Part shown: positions 45,988 through 55,362 of the stretch, piece by piece
How positions within the stretch are numbered: position 1 is the first letter of the stretch
Layout: each line of letters begins with the position of its first letter
Origin: Deinococcales bacterium
GTDB lineage: Bacteria > Deinococcota > Deinococci > Deinococcales > JAAFIG01
Reading direction: 5' to 3'
Assembly: GCA_025359505.1 (NCBI GenBank)
Contig: JANYHH010000028.1
Location: 66,134-130,133, forward strand
DNA: 64,000 nucleotides
Notes under the pieces: generated by a model
Seen by the model: only the letters and a program-made list of their open reading frames with translations
What the model was told of the DNA's origin: nothing
Database searches by the model: none
Program-made: the position numbers and the translations under genes

Positions 45988-46182
45988 AATCTGCCCTACG
46001 CAGCTTCTGAAGCTGGTGACGTGAAGCCTTTGAAGGGTTTCACTGGCCTGTTTCGTTTGCGAGTCGGCGATTACCGCGTGATCTTCGTGATTGCGAACCG
46101 CAGACCGTTGATTCTCGAGGTGATCGAGGTCGTCAAGCGAGGAGACGCGTACAAGAAAAAATCTCGTCAGCGTCTGCGCTAA
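45988..46182 (+). pseudogene. RelE/ParE-family toxin remnant (C-terminal ~60 codons only)
   Basis: The frame reads ...GDVKPLKGFTGLFRLRVGDYRVIFVIANRRPLILEVIEVVKRGDAY..., the conserved RelE/ParE core. The frame is closed by TGA at 45985-45987 and has no ATG, GTG or TTG start. About 35 N-terminal residues are missing. Confidence 0.7.
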
Positions 46183-46200
46183 AAACCAGCCCCTCGAGCC

Positions 46201-47145
46201 TCACACGATCACGGCTCGGGGCAAGTACGCGCTGACCACCCAATTCGGCTGATCGACAATCTCCGAAATTTTCAGGTCGACCGCGACGCTGCACAAGCAG
46301 TACGCCTCGAGCGGCGTGAGCTTGTACGTGCGCGTGATGTGGTCGATCATCTCCATCGTGGCGTCTCGAGCGGCTTGGAAGAGGTCTGGCCCAATGCCAG
46401 TCGTGCATTCGTAGCCTTTAGAATCGTTGTGGCGCGTGACCGGGCCGGATGTGACGAAACGCGGGAAGCGGAAATTGGCGGCTTTCACGAGGTTGAAGCG
46501 CAACGTGATCTCCATCGGGCTTTCGATGGCCGTGCCGCAGACCTCGCCGTCACCCTGCGCGGCGTGCGTGTCACCGACACTGAAGAGCGCTCCAGCAACC
46601 TCGACGGGCAAGTAGAGTTTCGTACCCGCTGACAAATCGCGCACGTCCAGATTCCCTCCGACGCGGCGCGGCGGCACGACGCTGTGCAACCCAGTTGCAG
46701 CGGGCGCGACGCCGATCACGCCCGTGAACGGCTTGATCGGCACTCGAGCCACGTCCCGTAAAAAATCGGCGGCGCTCGAGTCGTGCTTGGAGACGATCAG
46801 GTGCGGATCGGTGAACTGATCGCTCAATAAGCCAAAGCCGGGGATGTTGGCCGTCCAGCCCCAGCCGGACGTGCGGAACTCCAAGAGTTCAACCTCGAGC
46901 GCATCGCCGGGCTGAGCGCCCTCGATGTAGACGGGCCCAGTCACGGGATTGACTGCGCCGAAGTCCAGCGCAATCAAGTCCTCGAGCGTCGACTGCGGTT
47001 TGATCTGCCCGCCGCTGGCATCGAGGATATTGAACGATAAGGTTTCACCCGCTCGAATCCTATGCGCTGGCTCGAGGGAATTGTCCCAGCCTTGGTGATG
47101 AGTGTGAATCGTTTGCCACGGGTGATCGTGCTGATGGTCTGACAT
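46201..47145 (-). CDS. acetamidase/formamidase family protein
   Basis: FmdA/AmdA-like: NPVTGPVYIEGAQPGDAL, GGNLDVRDL and VGDTHAAQGDGEVCGTAIE. ATG at 47143-47145. Confidence 0.88.
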   Translation of the reverse strand: MSDHQHDHPWQTIHTHHQGWDNSLEPAHRIRAGETLSFNILDASGGQIKPQSTLEDLIALDFGAVNPVTGPVYIEGAQPGDALEVELLEFRTSGWGWTANIPGFGLLSDQFTDPHLIVSKHDSSAADFLRDVARVPIKPFTGVIGVAPAATGLHSVVPPRRVGGNLDVRDLSAGTKLYLPVEVAGALFSVGDTHAAQGDGEVCGTAIESPMEITLRFNLVKAANFRFPRFVTSGPVTRHNDSKGYECTTGIGPDLFQAARDATMEMIDHITRTYKLTPLEAYCLCSVAVDLKISEIVDQPNWVVSAYLPRAVIV

Positions 47146-47298
47146 GAGGACTCCAGTGCAAAAGCAGGCGAAAGGCAAAGGGCGAGGGTGAACAACTGTG
47201 CTCTCGAGCCTCGAGTGCTGAGCCGTTCAGTTCTCAGTTGGCTCGAGCTTTGCTGACCCTGCTTGAAACAACGTTACTTTTGCCCTTCGCCGACTCAC

Positions 47299-48906
47299 TT
47301 ACTTGATGCTCAGACGCTCGAAGGCAATGTTGTGAATCGGATCGATCAGATCAGTCGGAGCGCCAATCAAGCGTGCGCTGTGCATCGTGTAGCGCACCTC
47401 GTTGAACAGCGGAACCCAGACGGCTTGATCCATCAGCGTCTTGTACAGCTTCTTGTACAGCTCGAGCCTCGCCGGGCGCTGCGCGGGCGCGGTCATCTGA
47501 TCGGCTTTGGAAGCCAGCGCGTCCAGATTTTTGTCGCAGGCGAACGACCAGTTCCAACCGCCCTGCACGGCGCTGCGGCAACTGAGGATTGGCCAGTAGA
47601 AATCGCTCGGGTCTGGGTAATCCTGCGTCCACGCCATGCCGCCCGACCAGACCAGCGGCGCGGTTTTCGGCGTGCCCGCCGCGTCAATCACGGTACTCGA
47701 GGCTTGGGATTTCAGCTCGATTTTGATGCCGACGACTGCCAAGTCCTGCTGGATGCTCTGCGCGATGCGCGGGTTTGGGTCAGTGGAATTGGTGTAAAGC
47801 GTGGTCGTGAAACCTTTACTTAAACCAGCGGCGCTCAGCAGCTTCTTGGCTTGTTCCACGTCGTACCCGTAGCCTTGGTAGCTCGAGTCGTACCCGGGCA
47901 TTTTCGGCGGCAGAATCTGCGTGGCGACGAGGCCGCGACCGTTGATGATCTTGAGGATTTTACTTTTGTTGATCGCAAAGTTGAGCGCCTGACGCACGCG
48001 CACATCGGTGAAGGGCTTAACTTGCGTGTTGATGGAGACGTAAGTCGTATTGACCAGCGGCGTGCTGACGATCTGCGCCTTGAGTTTGGCATCGCTTTGC
48101 ACCTGCAAAAAGTTAGCGGGTGGAATGCCGTCGCCCAGTAAATCCACGTCGCCGCGCTGCAAACCTAGATAGGCGACGCTCGGGTCTTGCCCGACTTTGA
48201 TCGTGACCTGATCCAGTTTCGGTACGTTTTTCAAAAAGTAATTGGGGTTTTTGACGAACACCAGTTCCTGCCCGCTCGTCCAGCTTTGCAGCGTAAACGG
48301 CCCACTACCGACGGGTTTGCGCCCCCAGTCCGCTCCGGCTTTGACGACCTCTTCTTTCGGGACGATGAACGCGAAATTCGTGGCCAGCACGTTCAGAAAC
48401 GCCGCGTTCGGCTGCGACAGCGTGACCTTGACGGTGCTCGAGTTGATGACTTTGACGCCCGTCAACTCCTTGGCTTTGCCCGCGCTCCACGCGCTGGATC
48501 CTGCGATGTCGGCGAAGAAGCCCGCGCCGGGCGATTTGGCTTTCGGGTCGAGGACGCGCTCCAAGGTGTACTTGACATCGGCGGCCGTCAATGTGCGACC
48601 GTTTGAAAACTTGATATCCGAGCGGAGCTTAAAGGTGTACGAGCGCCCACCGTCCCCGACCGTCGGCATGGCAGCGGCGATCCGAGGCTCGAGGTCGGTC
48701 GTGCCGGGCTTATAGTCCAGCAGCGCATCGAAAACCATTTTGATCGCCGGCCAGTTCTGCCAGTCGTACCCAACCTGCGGGTCGAGCGTGGCGATGTCGT
48801 CCTTGTACGCGATAACCATGCCTTTCTCAGCGGTTTGCGCTCGAGGGGCGACGGTCAGGGCAGCGATTCCAGCGAGAGCGAGCAATCCGAGCGCGACGCG
48901 TTTCAT
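47299..48906 (-). CDS. ABC transporter substrate-binding protein, family 5 (peptide/nickel/opine type)
   Basis: Signal peptide MKRVALGLLALAGIAALTVA and an SBP_bac_5-like body. Confidence 0.88.
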   Translation of the reverse strand: MKRVALGLLALAGIAALTVAPRAQTAEKGMVIAYKDDIATLDPQVGYDWQNWPAIKMVFDALLDYKPGTTDLEPRIAAAMPTVGDGGRSYTFKLRSDIKFSNGRTLTAADVKYTLERVLDPKAKSPGAGFFADIAGSSAWSAGKAKELTGVKVINSSTVKVTLSQPNAAFLNVLATNFAFIVPKEEVVKAGADWGRKPVGSGPFTLQSWTSGQELVFVKNPNYFLKNVPKLDQVTIKVGQDPSVAYLGLQRGDVDLLGDGIPPANFLQVQSDAKLKAQIVSTPLVNTTYVSINTQVKPFTDVRVRQALNFAINKSKILKIINGRGLVATQILPPKMPGYDSSYQGYGYDVEQAKKLLSAAGLSKGFTTTLYTNSTDPNPRIAQSIQQDLAVVGIKIELKSQASSTVIDAAGTPKTAPLVWSGGMAWTQDYPDPSDFYWPILSCRSAVQGGWNWSFACDKNLDALASKADQMTAPAQRPARLELYKKLYKTLMDQAVWVPLFNEVRYTMHSARLIGAPTDLIDPIHNIAFERLSIK

Positions 48907-49101
48907 GGGTGACCTCCAAAATGGTGTGGGCTTTTGTCAACTCGAGCGGGCGCTGTACGAATTGCCTCCTTCAAAGAAAATGAGAGCCTAAGCGGTTGGA
49001 AGCCTTAAAGATTGCGCTTTTCACTGCGGTTCCTCGAGCGAGTAGACCTCTGACGAAACCGTCTCGAGTGATGATGGTCTTTACTTTCACACGCTTCGGT
49101 T

Positions 49102-50019
49102 CTAGTCATACCGCACCCTCGGGTCAGCCAGCGGGTACGCGAGGTCAGCCAGCAGATTGCCCAGCACGATCATCACCGCGCTCAGTTGCACCACGCCGAG
49201 GATCACCGGAATGTCCACCACGCGAATCGCGTCCCACGTGAGTTTGCCAATGCCGGGCCACCCAAAAACGCTTTCGACAACGACCGCGCCGCCCATGAAC
49301 ACGCCGATGTCCGAGCCGACCATCGCAATCATCGGCAGCAGCGCATTTTTCAGCGCGTGACGCACGATCAGTCCGCCCCGAGACACGCCTTTGGCGGCGG
49401 CGGTGCGAACGTAATCTTGCCCCAGCACCTCGAGCATCTCAGAGCGCACCACCCGGGCGTACCAGCCCGCACCGCCAATGCCGAGCGTCAGTGCGGGCAG
49501 AATCAGGTGGGCAGCCGTGCCGTACCCACCGAGCGGCAGGATGGGATAGATGAACGCGAAGACATACAGCAACCCTAAGCCCAGCACGAACTGGGGCAAG
49601 CTGATGCCCAAAAACGCCAATCCCATCGTCGCACGATCCCACAGGCTGCCCGGTCTGAGCGCTGCGATCACCCCCGCAGGCAGCCCGAGCATTAACTCGC
49701 ACAGCACGCCGCCGAGCATCAACAGCAAGGTCGCGGGCAACCTCGAGATCAGCAGCTCAGCGATGCTGGCGCTCTGCTTGTACGAGCGCCCGAGGTCGCC
49801 GCGCAAGAGCTTCGTCAGGTAGAGCGTGTACTGCTCAAAGAACGGCTTGTCTAAGCCCAACTCGCGGCGGATGCTATTGACCGTCGCCACGCTGGCGCTC
49901 GGGCCCGCCACCATCCGCGCCGGATCGGCGGGCAGCAGCACACCCAATCCAAAGGTCAGAAACGACACGGCCAGCAACACCAATGCGCCCTGCACAACGC
50001 GCCCCAGTAAAAAGCGCAC
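49102..50019 (-). CDS. ABC transporter permease (DppB/OppB-like)
   Basis: The MRFLLGRVVQGALVLLAVSFLTF start is typical of the family. It has an EAA-like region. The GTG start overlaps the upstream TAG by 1 nt. Confidence 0.88.
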   Translation of the reverse strand: MRFLLGRVVQGALVLLAVSFLTFGLGVLLPADPARMVAGPSASVATVNSIRRELGLDKPFFEQYTLYLTKLLRGDLGRSYKQSASIAELLISRLPATLLLMLGGVLCELMLGLPAGVIAALRPGSLWDRATMGLAFLGISLPQFVLGLGLLYVFAFIYPILPLGGYGTAAHLILPALTLGIGGAGWYARVVRSEMLEVLGQDYVRTAAAKGVSRGGLIVRHALKNALLPMIAMVGSDIGVFMGGAVVVESVFGWPGIGKLTWDAIRVVDIPVILGVVQLSAVMIVLGNLLADLAYPLADPRVRYD

Positions 50020-50915
50020 TACAGCCCCACGCGGCTCGAGCGGCTGCTCGGGTCGAGCGCTTCGCGCAAGCCCTCACCGAGCAGGTTGAACGCCAGCGCG
50101 GTCAGCAGAATCGCCAGCCCGGGAAAGACCACCAACCACGGCGCGAGCGTGAAATACGTCTGCGATTCGTTGATGATCCCGCCCCATGAAGCGGTCGGCG
50201 GTTGCACCCCCACGCCTAAAAACGACAGCGTGGCCTCGAGCATCACGCTGGTGCTGATCCCCAGTGTCCCCCAGACGATCATCGTCGGCACTAAGCCCGG
50301 CAAGACGTGGCGCAGCAATACGCGCCCGGAACTCGCGCCGAGGCTGTGCGCGGCTGTGACGTACTCCCGAGTCTTCAACGCCAGCACCTGCGAATTGACG
50401 ACTCGAGCCAGCCCGACCCAGTTGAGCAGCGCGATCACCAATGCGACGATCCACAGGCTCGGTTTGAGGATTGCCGTCAGCGCAATCGCCAGCAGCAACA
50501 CCGGAAAAGCCGTCATCAGATCCGTGAAGCGCATCAGCAGCGCCCCGAGCCAACCGCCGTAAAACCCAGCCAACAACCCGACCAGCACACCAATCAGCAC
50601 GGCTGCACCGTTGGCGACCAGCCCGATGAACAAACTGACCTGCGCCCCCCAGATCACCCTCGAGAGTAAATCTCGTCCCAGCAAATCCGTGCCGAGCGCG
50701 AAGGCTGCGCTCGGCGCGACCGGAGCGCCCGCATCGCTCAGCCCTTCCGCGAAACTGGCGTTCGGGTCTTTGGGGGCGAGCCACGGCGCAGCGACCACGG
50801 CAATCAGCAGACACGCGATCACGATCAGCGCGAAAATCACGCTCGGGTCACGATAAAAACGCTGCCATCGCGGGGCGAGTCGTGCAGCCGTCCGAGGACT
50901 CGAGGAGCGCGTCAT
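50019..50915 (-). CDS. ABC transporter permease (DppC/OppC-like)
   Basis: N-terminal ...FYRDPSVIFALIVIACLLIAVVAAPWLAP is typical of the family. ATG at 50913-50915. Confidence 0.85.
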   Translation of the reverse strand: MTRSSSPRTAARLAPRWQRFYRDPSVIFALIVIACLLIAVVAAPWLAPKDPNASFAEGLSDAGAPVAPSAAFALGTDLLGRDLLSRVIWGAQVSLFIGLVANGAAVLIGVLVGLLAGFYGGWLGALLMRFTDLMTAFPVLLLAIALTAILKPSLWIVALVIALLNWVGLARVVNSQVLALKTREYVTAAHSLGASSGRVLLRHVLPGLVPTMIVWGTLGISTSVMLEATLSFLGVGVQPPTASWGGIINESQTYFTLAPWLVVFPGLAILLTALAFNLLGEGLREALDPSSRSSRVGL

Positions 50916-51120
50916 GGGGGAGTCTACCAACTCGAGCGGGGCGAGTCTGTCTCGAGGGATCGCGACCGCTCGAGCGGTCGCACAGGGCATTGCTGTAAAT
51001 CTCTCCTACAAAAAACCGCGCATTGCTCGAGCAGCGCGGGTGATTGGTCAGCCGTCACCGAAGGTCAACCCATATTTGAAGGCTCGAGATTCACAGCGTT
51101 GCGACTCAGGATAAAACGTC

Positions 51121-51777
51121 TCACTGCGTGTCGTCTAAGCTCGCCAGTCCCTCACGAATTGCGTACAGTGCAGCTTGCGTGCGGTTGTTGAGTTGCAACT
51201 TCGCAAAGATTTCCGACAAGCGATTTCGCACGGTCTTCTCAGAGATATTGAGTTTGAGCGCAATTTCTTGATTGCTCGAGCCTTGCGCCAACAACCGCAG
51301 AATCGCCGCTTCGCGCTCGGTCAGATCGCCGCGTTTCTCGTCGGGCAAGCTTTCTTTCTTGACCCTGAAGTCCTCTAAGACGCTCTGCGCCATTTCTGGG
51401 TCAAGCAGCGTTTCGCCCTCGGTCACGCGGCGGATCGCGTCGATCAGCACGGTCGCATCCACATCTTTTAAGAGATATCCCCTCGCGCCCGCTTTGACGG
51501 CCTCGAAGACGTAACTGTCTTGGCGGTACATCGTCAGGATGATGACATTCGCGGTCGGGTTGATCTCCAAGATGCTCTGCGTGGCTTTCACGCCGTCCAG
51601 TTCCGGCATCTGAATGTCCATAACAATCACGTCTGGCTTGGTGTCAGCCGCGTAGCGCACCGCATCGCGCCCGCTGCTGGCTTCACCGATCACGCGGATG
51701 TCGGGTTCAGACTCCAGCAGGCTTTTCAAGCCCTGCCGGAACATGGCGTGGTCGTCGGCGAGTAAGACGCGAATCAT
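51121..51777 (-). CDS. NarL/LuxR-family response regulator
   Basis: Receiver domain [17 protein letters not shown]...[10 protein letters not shown] plus a Lux[39 protein letters not shown]. No adjacent histidine kinase. Confidence 0.9.
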   Translation of the reverse strand: MIRVLLADDHAMFRQGLKSLLESEPDIRVIGEASSGRDAVRYAADTKPDVIVMDIQMPELDGVKATQSILEINPTANVIILTMYRQDSYVFEAVKAGARGYLLKDVDATVLIDAIRRVTEGETLLDPEMAQSVLEDFRVKKESLPDEKRGDLTEREAAILRLLAQGSSNQEIALKLNISEKTVRNRLSEIFAKLQLNNRTQAALYAIREGLASLDDTQ

Positions 51778-51882
51778 GACGCGATGCTATGTCAGGACAT
51801 CAAACGCCGATAGGGTCAAACGCCTTTTTTAGTCGTGGGTGATGTCAAAATCTCGTAATAAGGCATACCAACTCTTTTCGCG

Positions 51883-52341
51883 TCACTCGAGCGTCGAAGC
51901 CCGCAGCAATCCAGAGATCGACTCAGTTCGGTGCGGCTCGAGCGAAATCTCCCTGCTATTCTCGAGGATCGTGAAGCGCAAGACCGTTACCGCTTCCAAA
52001 TCTGGAATCAACGCCTCGCCCCATTCGATCACCGTCAATCTCGCCGTGTCTATCAGTTCAGAAAGCCCCATGCGCCACAAGGCGCGGGCGTCCTCCAAGC
52101 GGTACGCGTCGATGTGCACGAGTTCGCCGTGCGGCGTCGGGTACTGGTGAATGTAGGTGTAGGTCGGGCTGGTGACTTCGCCCGTGAAATCCAACCCCCT
52201 TGCCAGACCTTTAGTCAGCGTAGTTTTGCCTGCGCCCATCGCGCCGATCAGCACCAGCACCGCACCGATTGGTAACGCTCGAGCCAGCGTCTCCCCGAAC
52301 TGCTCGAGGTCAGCGGATGTGACGAAGGAGTACGTGGTCAT
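51883..52341 (-). CDS. tsaE: tRNA t6A37 biosynthesis ATPase TsaE
   Basis: P-loop LIGAMGAGKTTLTKGLARGL and the SPTYTYIHQY motif. ATGA overlap with the upstream MarR gene. Confidence 0.88.
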   Translation of the reverse strand: MTTYSFVTSADLEQFGETLARALPIGAVLVLIGAMGAGKTTLTKGLARGLDFTGEVTSPTYTYIHQYPTPHGELVHIDAYRLEDARALWRMGLSELIDTARLTVIEWGEALIPDLEAVTVLRFTILENSREISLEPHRTESISGLLRASTLE

Positions 52342-52808
52342 GCTGGCTGCTCGAGCTTAATCAGGGTCTCGAGGGCTTGGCGCAGGGCTGCGAGTTCGGT
52401 GTATCCCAGCGCAGCGGCATACTCGGCTTCAATCTCGAGCTTGATCTGCTGAGCATCGGCTAAAAACTGTTCACCTCGAGCGGTGAATTGCACCAGCAGA
52501 GCGCGGCCATCACTTAGGTCGGGTTGGCGCGTGACGTAACCCGCCATCTCAAGGTCGCTGAGCAGTTGCCCCACCGCTTGCTTGGTCATGTCGGCGCGGG
52601 CAGCCAGCACGGTGGCCCGCGTTCCGCTCGTCTCGAGGTGCGGCAGTAGGGTTAGGTGCATCATACCGAGTTGGTCGTGGCCTCGAGCGCGGAGTTTGGC
52701 GAGAGCGCGAGCGTTGAAGGCCCGTTGGGCTTGCAGCAGGGCGCGTCCGATGTGCTGTTGCCGCGAGCGCTCGAGGTCTGAATTGTTGATGATTGATTTG
52801 GTTTTCAT
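52338..52808 (-). CDS. MarR family transcriptional regulator
   Basis: Winged-helix region ...LAARADMTKQAVGQLLSDLEMAGYVTRQPDLSDGRALLV. The start at 52808 or 52853 is uncertain. Confidence 0.85.
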   Translation of the reverse strand: MKTKSIINNSDLERSRQQHIGRALLQAQRAFNARALAKLRARGHDQLGMMHLTLLPHLETSGTRATVLAARADMTKQAVGQLLSDLEMAGYVTRQPDLSDGRALLVQFTARGEQFLADAQQIKLEIEAEYAAALGYTELAALRQALETLIKLEQPA

Positions 52809-52855
52809 ATTTTGAAGGCTTGACTGATTTAGACAAGTAGGTTTACTATTCACAA

Positions 52856-53233
52856 ATGATCGTCATTCACTCACAGAATACCCGAGCAATCGAAACCCCG
52901 AACGGTAACTCCGGTGCGAGCCTCGCCACACCGTCACTGGGCGCGACCGAAGTCAGCGTTGTACGGCAACGCCAGCAACCGGGCGGCTTTAACCCGCTGC
53001 ATAGCCAAGACCGCGAGGAAGTGATGATCATGTTGCTCGGACACGTGACCGTCTCGAGCGCAGACCAGACCGTGCAGCTCGAGGCGGGCGACACACTGAT
53101 CGTTGAAAAAGGCGTGCAGCACCGCGTGGACAATATGGGCAACGAAGACGCCGAGTGGCTGATCGTCAGCCAAGCTGGTGGGAAATTCTTTCGTGAAACG
53201 GGCGAAGAAGCCCACCCGCAATGGGCGCTCTAA
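52856..53233 (+). CDS. cupin domain protein
   Basis: Cupin_2-like core HSQDREEVMIMLLGHVTV...GDTLIVEKGVQHRVDNMG. Divergent from the MarR gene. Confidence 0.75.
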   Translation: MIVIHSQNTRAIETPNGNSGASLATPSLGATEVSVVRQRQQPGGFNPLHSQDREEVMIMLLGHVTVSSADQTVQLEAGDTLIVEKGVQHRVDNMGNEDAEWLIVSQAGGKFFRETGEEAHPQWAL

Positions 53234-53240
53234 AAATGCG

Positions 53241-54068
53241 TCACAGCTCGCTTCTGACCTGCCACAATTCCGGAAACAACACAATCTCCAATGCGCGGCG
53301 CAGGTACGGCACGCCAGCCGTGCCGCCGCTGCCAACTTTAAAGCCGATGATCCGTTCGACAGTGGTCAAGTGATTGAAGCGCCAGCGGCGGAAGTTATCC
53401 TCGACATCGATCAACTTTTCCGCCAACTCATACAGCTTCCAGTACCGCCCCGTGTCGCGGTAAACCTCGAGCCACGCGAGTTTCACCGCTTCGTTCGCAA
53501 GGTACGGTTGTGAAAAGTCGCGCTCGAGGATGGAAGCCGGAAGCTCGAGTCCAGCGTCGTGCAGTAAGCGCAGCGTCAGGTCGTAAATGCTCGGCGCATT
53601 TATCGCCAGCTCAAGCATGGCGTGATGCTCAGGCGCGTCCTTGTGCGGGCGCATCATGAAGGCGTTTTTGTTGCCGAAGAGAAACTCCACGAGGCGGTAC
53701 TGGTAGCTCTGAAAGCCGCTCGCCTGCCCGAAGGCGTTTCTGAACACGAGGTAATCGGCGGGTGTCATCGTCTTCAAGACCTCCCACGCGTTCGTCATCT
53801 GCTCCTGCGCCCGTGAGACTCGAGCCAACATTTTCAGCGCGGGTGCGGTATCGCCAGTGGCGATGTGCCGCATCGCGTGTTGCAACTCGTGAATCACCAG
53901 TTTCAACCACAGCTCGCTGACCTGATGCACGACGATGAACAGCGGCTCGTCGTGCGCGTCGGTCAGGCTGCGCTGCGCGGTCAGCAATTGCTCCAGCATT
54001 AAATAATCGCCGTAACTGTCGCCGCGTGGAAACTCGGTGTGGGCGGTCTTGAAGCTCGAGTCGTCCAT
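53241..54068 (-). CDS. kynA: tryptophan 2,3-dioxygenase
   Basis: YGDYLMLEQLLTAQ, HDEPLFIVVHQVSELW, SGFQSYQYR and GGTAGVPYLR are TDO signatures. Confidence 0.92.
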   Translation of the reverse strand: MDDSSFKTAHTEFPRGDSYGDYLMLEQLLTAQRSLTDAHDEPLFIVVHQVSELWLKLVIHELQHAMRHIATGDTAPALKMLARVSRAQEQMTNAWEVLKTMTPADYLVFRNAFGQASGFQSYQYRLVEFLFGNKNAFMMRPHKDAPEHHAMLELAINAPSIYDLTLRLLHDAGLELPASILERDFSQPYLANEAVKLAWLEVYRDTGRYWKLYELAEKLIDVEDNFRRWRFNHLTTVERIIGFKVGSGGTAGVPYLRRALEIVLFPELWQVRSEL

Positions 54069-54070
54069 GT

Positions 54071-55300
54071 TCAGGTGACTTTCGATTTCTGAGCGAAACG
54101 CGGCTCGAGGTACGCCCCGCTTTGCATCACCGTCTCGAGCCGCTGCACGGCTGTTGCCACGTCCGCGAAGTTGGTGTACAGCGGCGTGAACCCGAAGCGC
54201 ACGATTTCCGGCGCTCGGAAATCGCCGATGACTTTGGCGTCGATCAGCGCCTGCATCACCGCGTAGCCGTGCGGGTGCGTGTACGACACCTGCGACCCTC
54301 GAGCCGCGTGATCGGTGGGCGTGACCAGCTCAAAGCCGTATTCAGTCTCGAGGGAGTGCATCAGCTCCATGAACAGGTCGGTCAGCGCTAGCGATTTCAC
54401 GCGCAATGCGTGCATGTCCACACCGTCGAAAACCTCGAGCGCCGCCGATAGCGCCGTCATGCCCAGCACGGCGGGCGTCCCCGCCGTCAAGCGCCGCACG
54501 CCCGCGTCGGGTGCGTAGTTTGGGTCAAACGCAAATGGGGCGGCGTGACCCATCCAGCCGCTCAGCACGGGCAGCGCGGCTGATTGATTTCGCTCGGCGA
54601 CCATCAGAAACGCTGGCGAGCCGGGCCCACCATTCAGATATTTATACCCGCATCCGACCGCGAAATCGGCGTTGCAAGCGTTCAGCTCCACGGGAAACGC
54701 GCCCGCGCTGTGCGCCAAATCCCAGATCGTCAGCGCCCCAACCGCGTGCGCTCGCTCAGTCAAGGATTTCATGTCTAAGCGCTCGCCCGTGCGGTAATCG
54801 ACCTCGGTCAGCATCACCACTGCCACGTCATCCGTAATCGCCGCCTCGAGTTGGTCGCGCTTCACAAAGCGCAATTCGTATTTCCCAGACAGCATCGCGT
54901 TGATGCCCTGCGCGATGTACAGGTCAGTCGGGAAGTTGTCGATGTCGCTGACGATCACCGTGCGGTCTGGGCGCAGTTTCAATGCGGCGCTCAGCAGCTT
55001 AAAGAGGTTCACGCTGATGCTGTCGCAGGCGATCACCTCGTTGTCCTGAGCGCCGATCAGTCGCGCTATTTGAGCGCCGACTCGTACAGGTAAATCAATC
55101 CAGTCGTGCGTGTTCCAACTGCGGATCAGGTCTGTGCCCCACTCGAGCGTCATCGCCCGCTGCACGCGCTCTGGCACGTGAACGGGCATCATGCCCAGCG
55201 AATTACCATCCAAGTAAATCAAACCATCTGGGATGTGAAACTTGGCGCGGATCGGCGCAAGCGGGTCTCGAGCATCGAGGGTCGCAGCGGTGGGTGTCAT
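54071..55300 (-). CDS. kynU: kynureninase
   Basis: IYLDGNSLG, TIWDLAHSAG and GCGYKYLNGGPG (PLP lysine) motifs. ATG at 55298-55300. The long upstream ORF extension is unsupported. Confidence 0.9.
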   Translation of the reverse strand: MTPTAATLDARDPLAPIRAKFHIPDGLIYLDGNSLGMMPVHVPERVQRAMTLEWGTDLIRSWNTHDWIDLPVRVGAQIARLIGAQDNEVIACDSISVNLFKLLSAALKLRPDRTVIVSDIDNFPTDLYIAQGINAMLSGKYELRFVKRDQLEAAITDDVAVVMLTEVDYRTGERLDMKSLTERAHAVGALTIWDLAHSAGAFPVELNACNADFAVGCGYKYLNGGPGSPAFLMVAERNQSAALPVLSGWMGHAAPFAFDPNYAPDAGVRRLTAGTPAVLGMTALSAALEVFDGVDMHALRVKSLALTDLFMELMHSLETEYGFELVTPTDHAARGSQVSYTHPHGYAVMQALIDAKVIGDFRAPEIVRFGFTPLYTNFADVATAVQRLETVMQSGAYLEPRFAQKSKVT

Positions 55301-55362
55301 GGACAGGAGTTTAACTCGAGGGTGCGACTGGCGAAAACGGCAGCGCAGGCGGGTTTGATACA

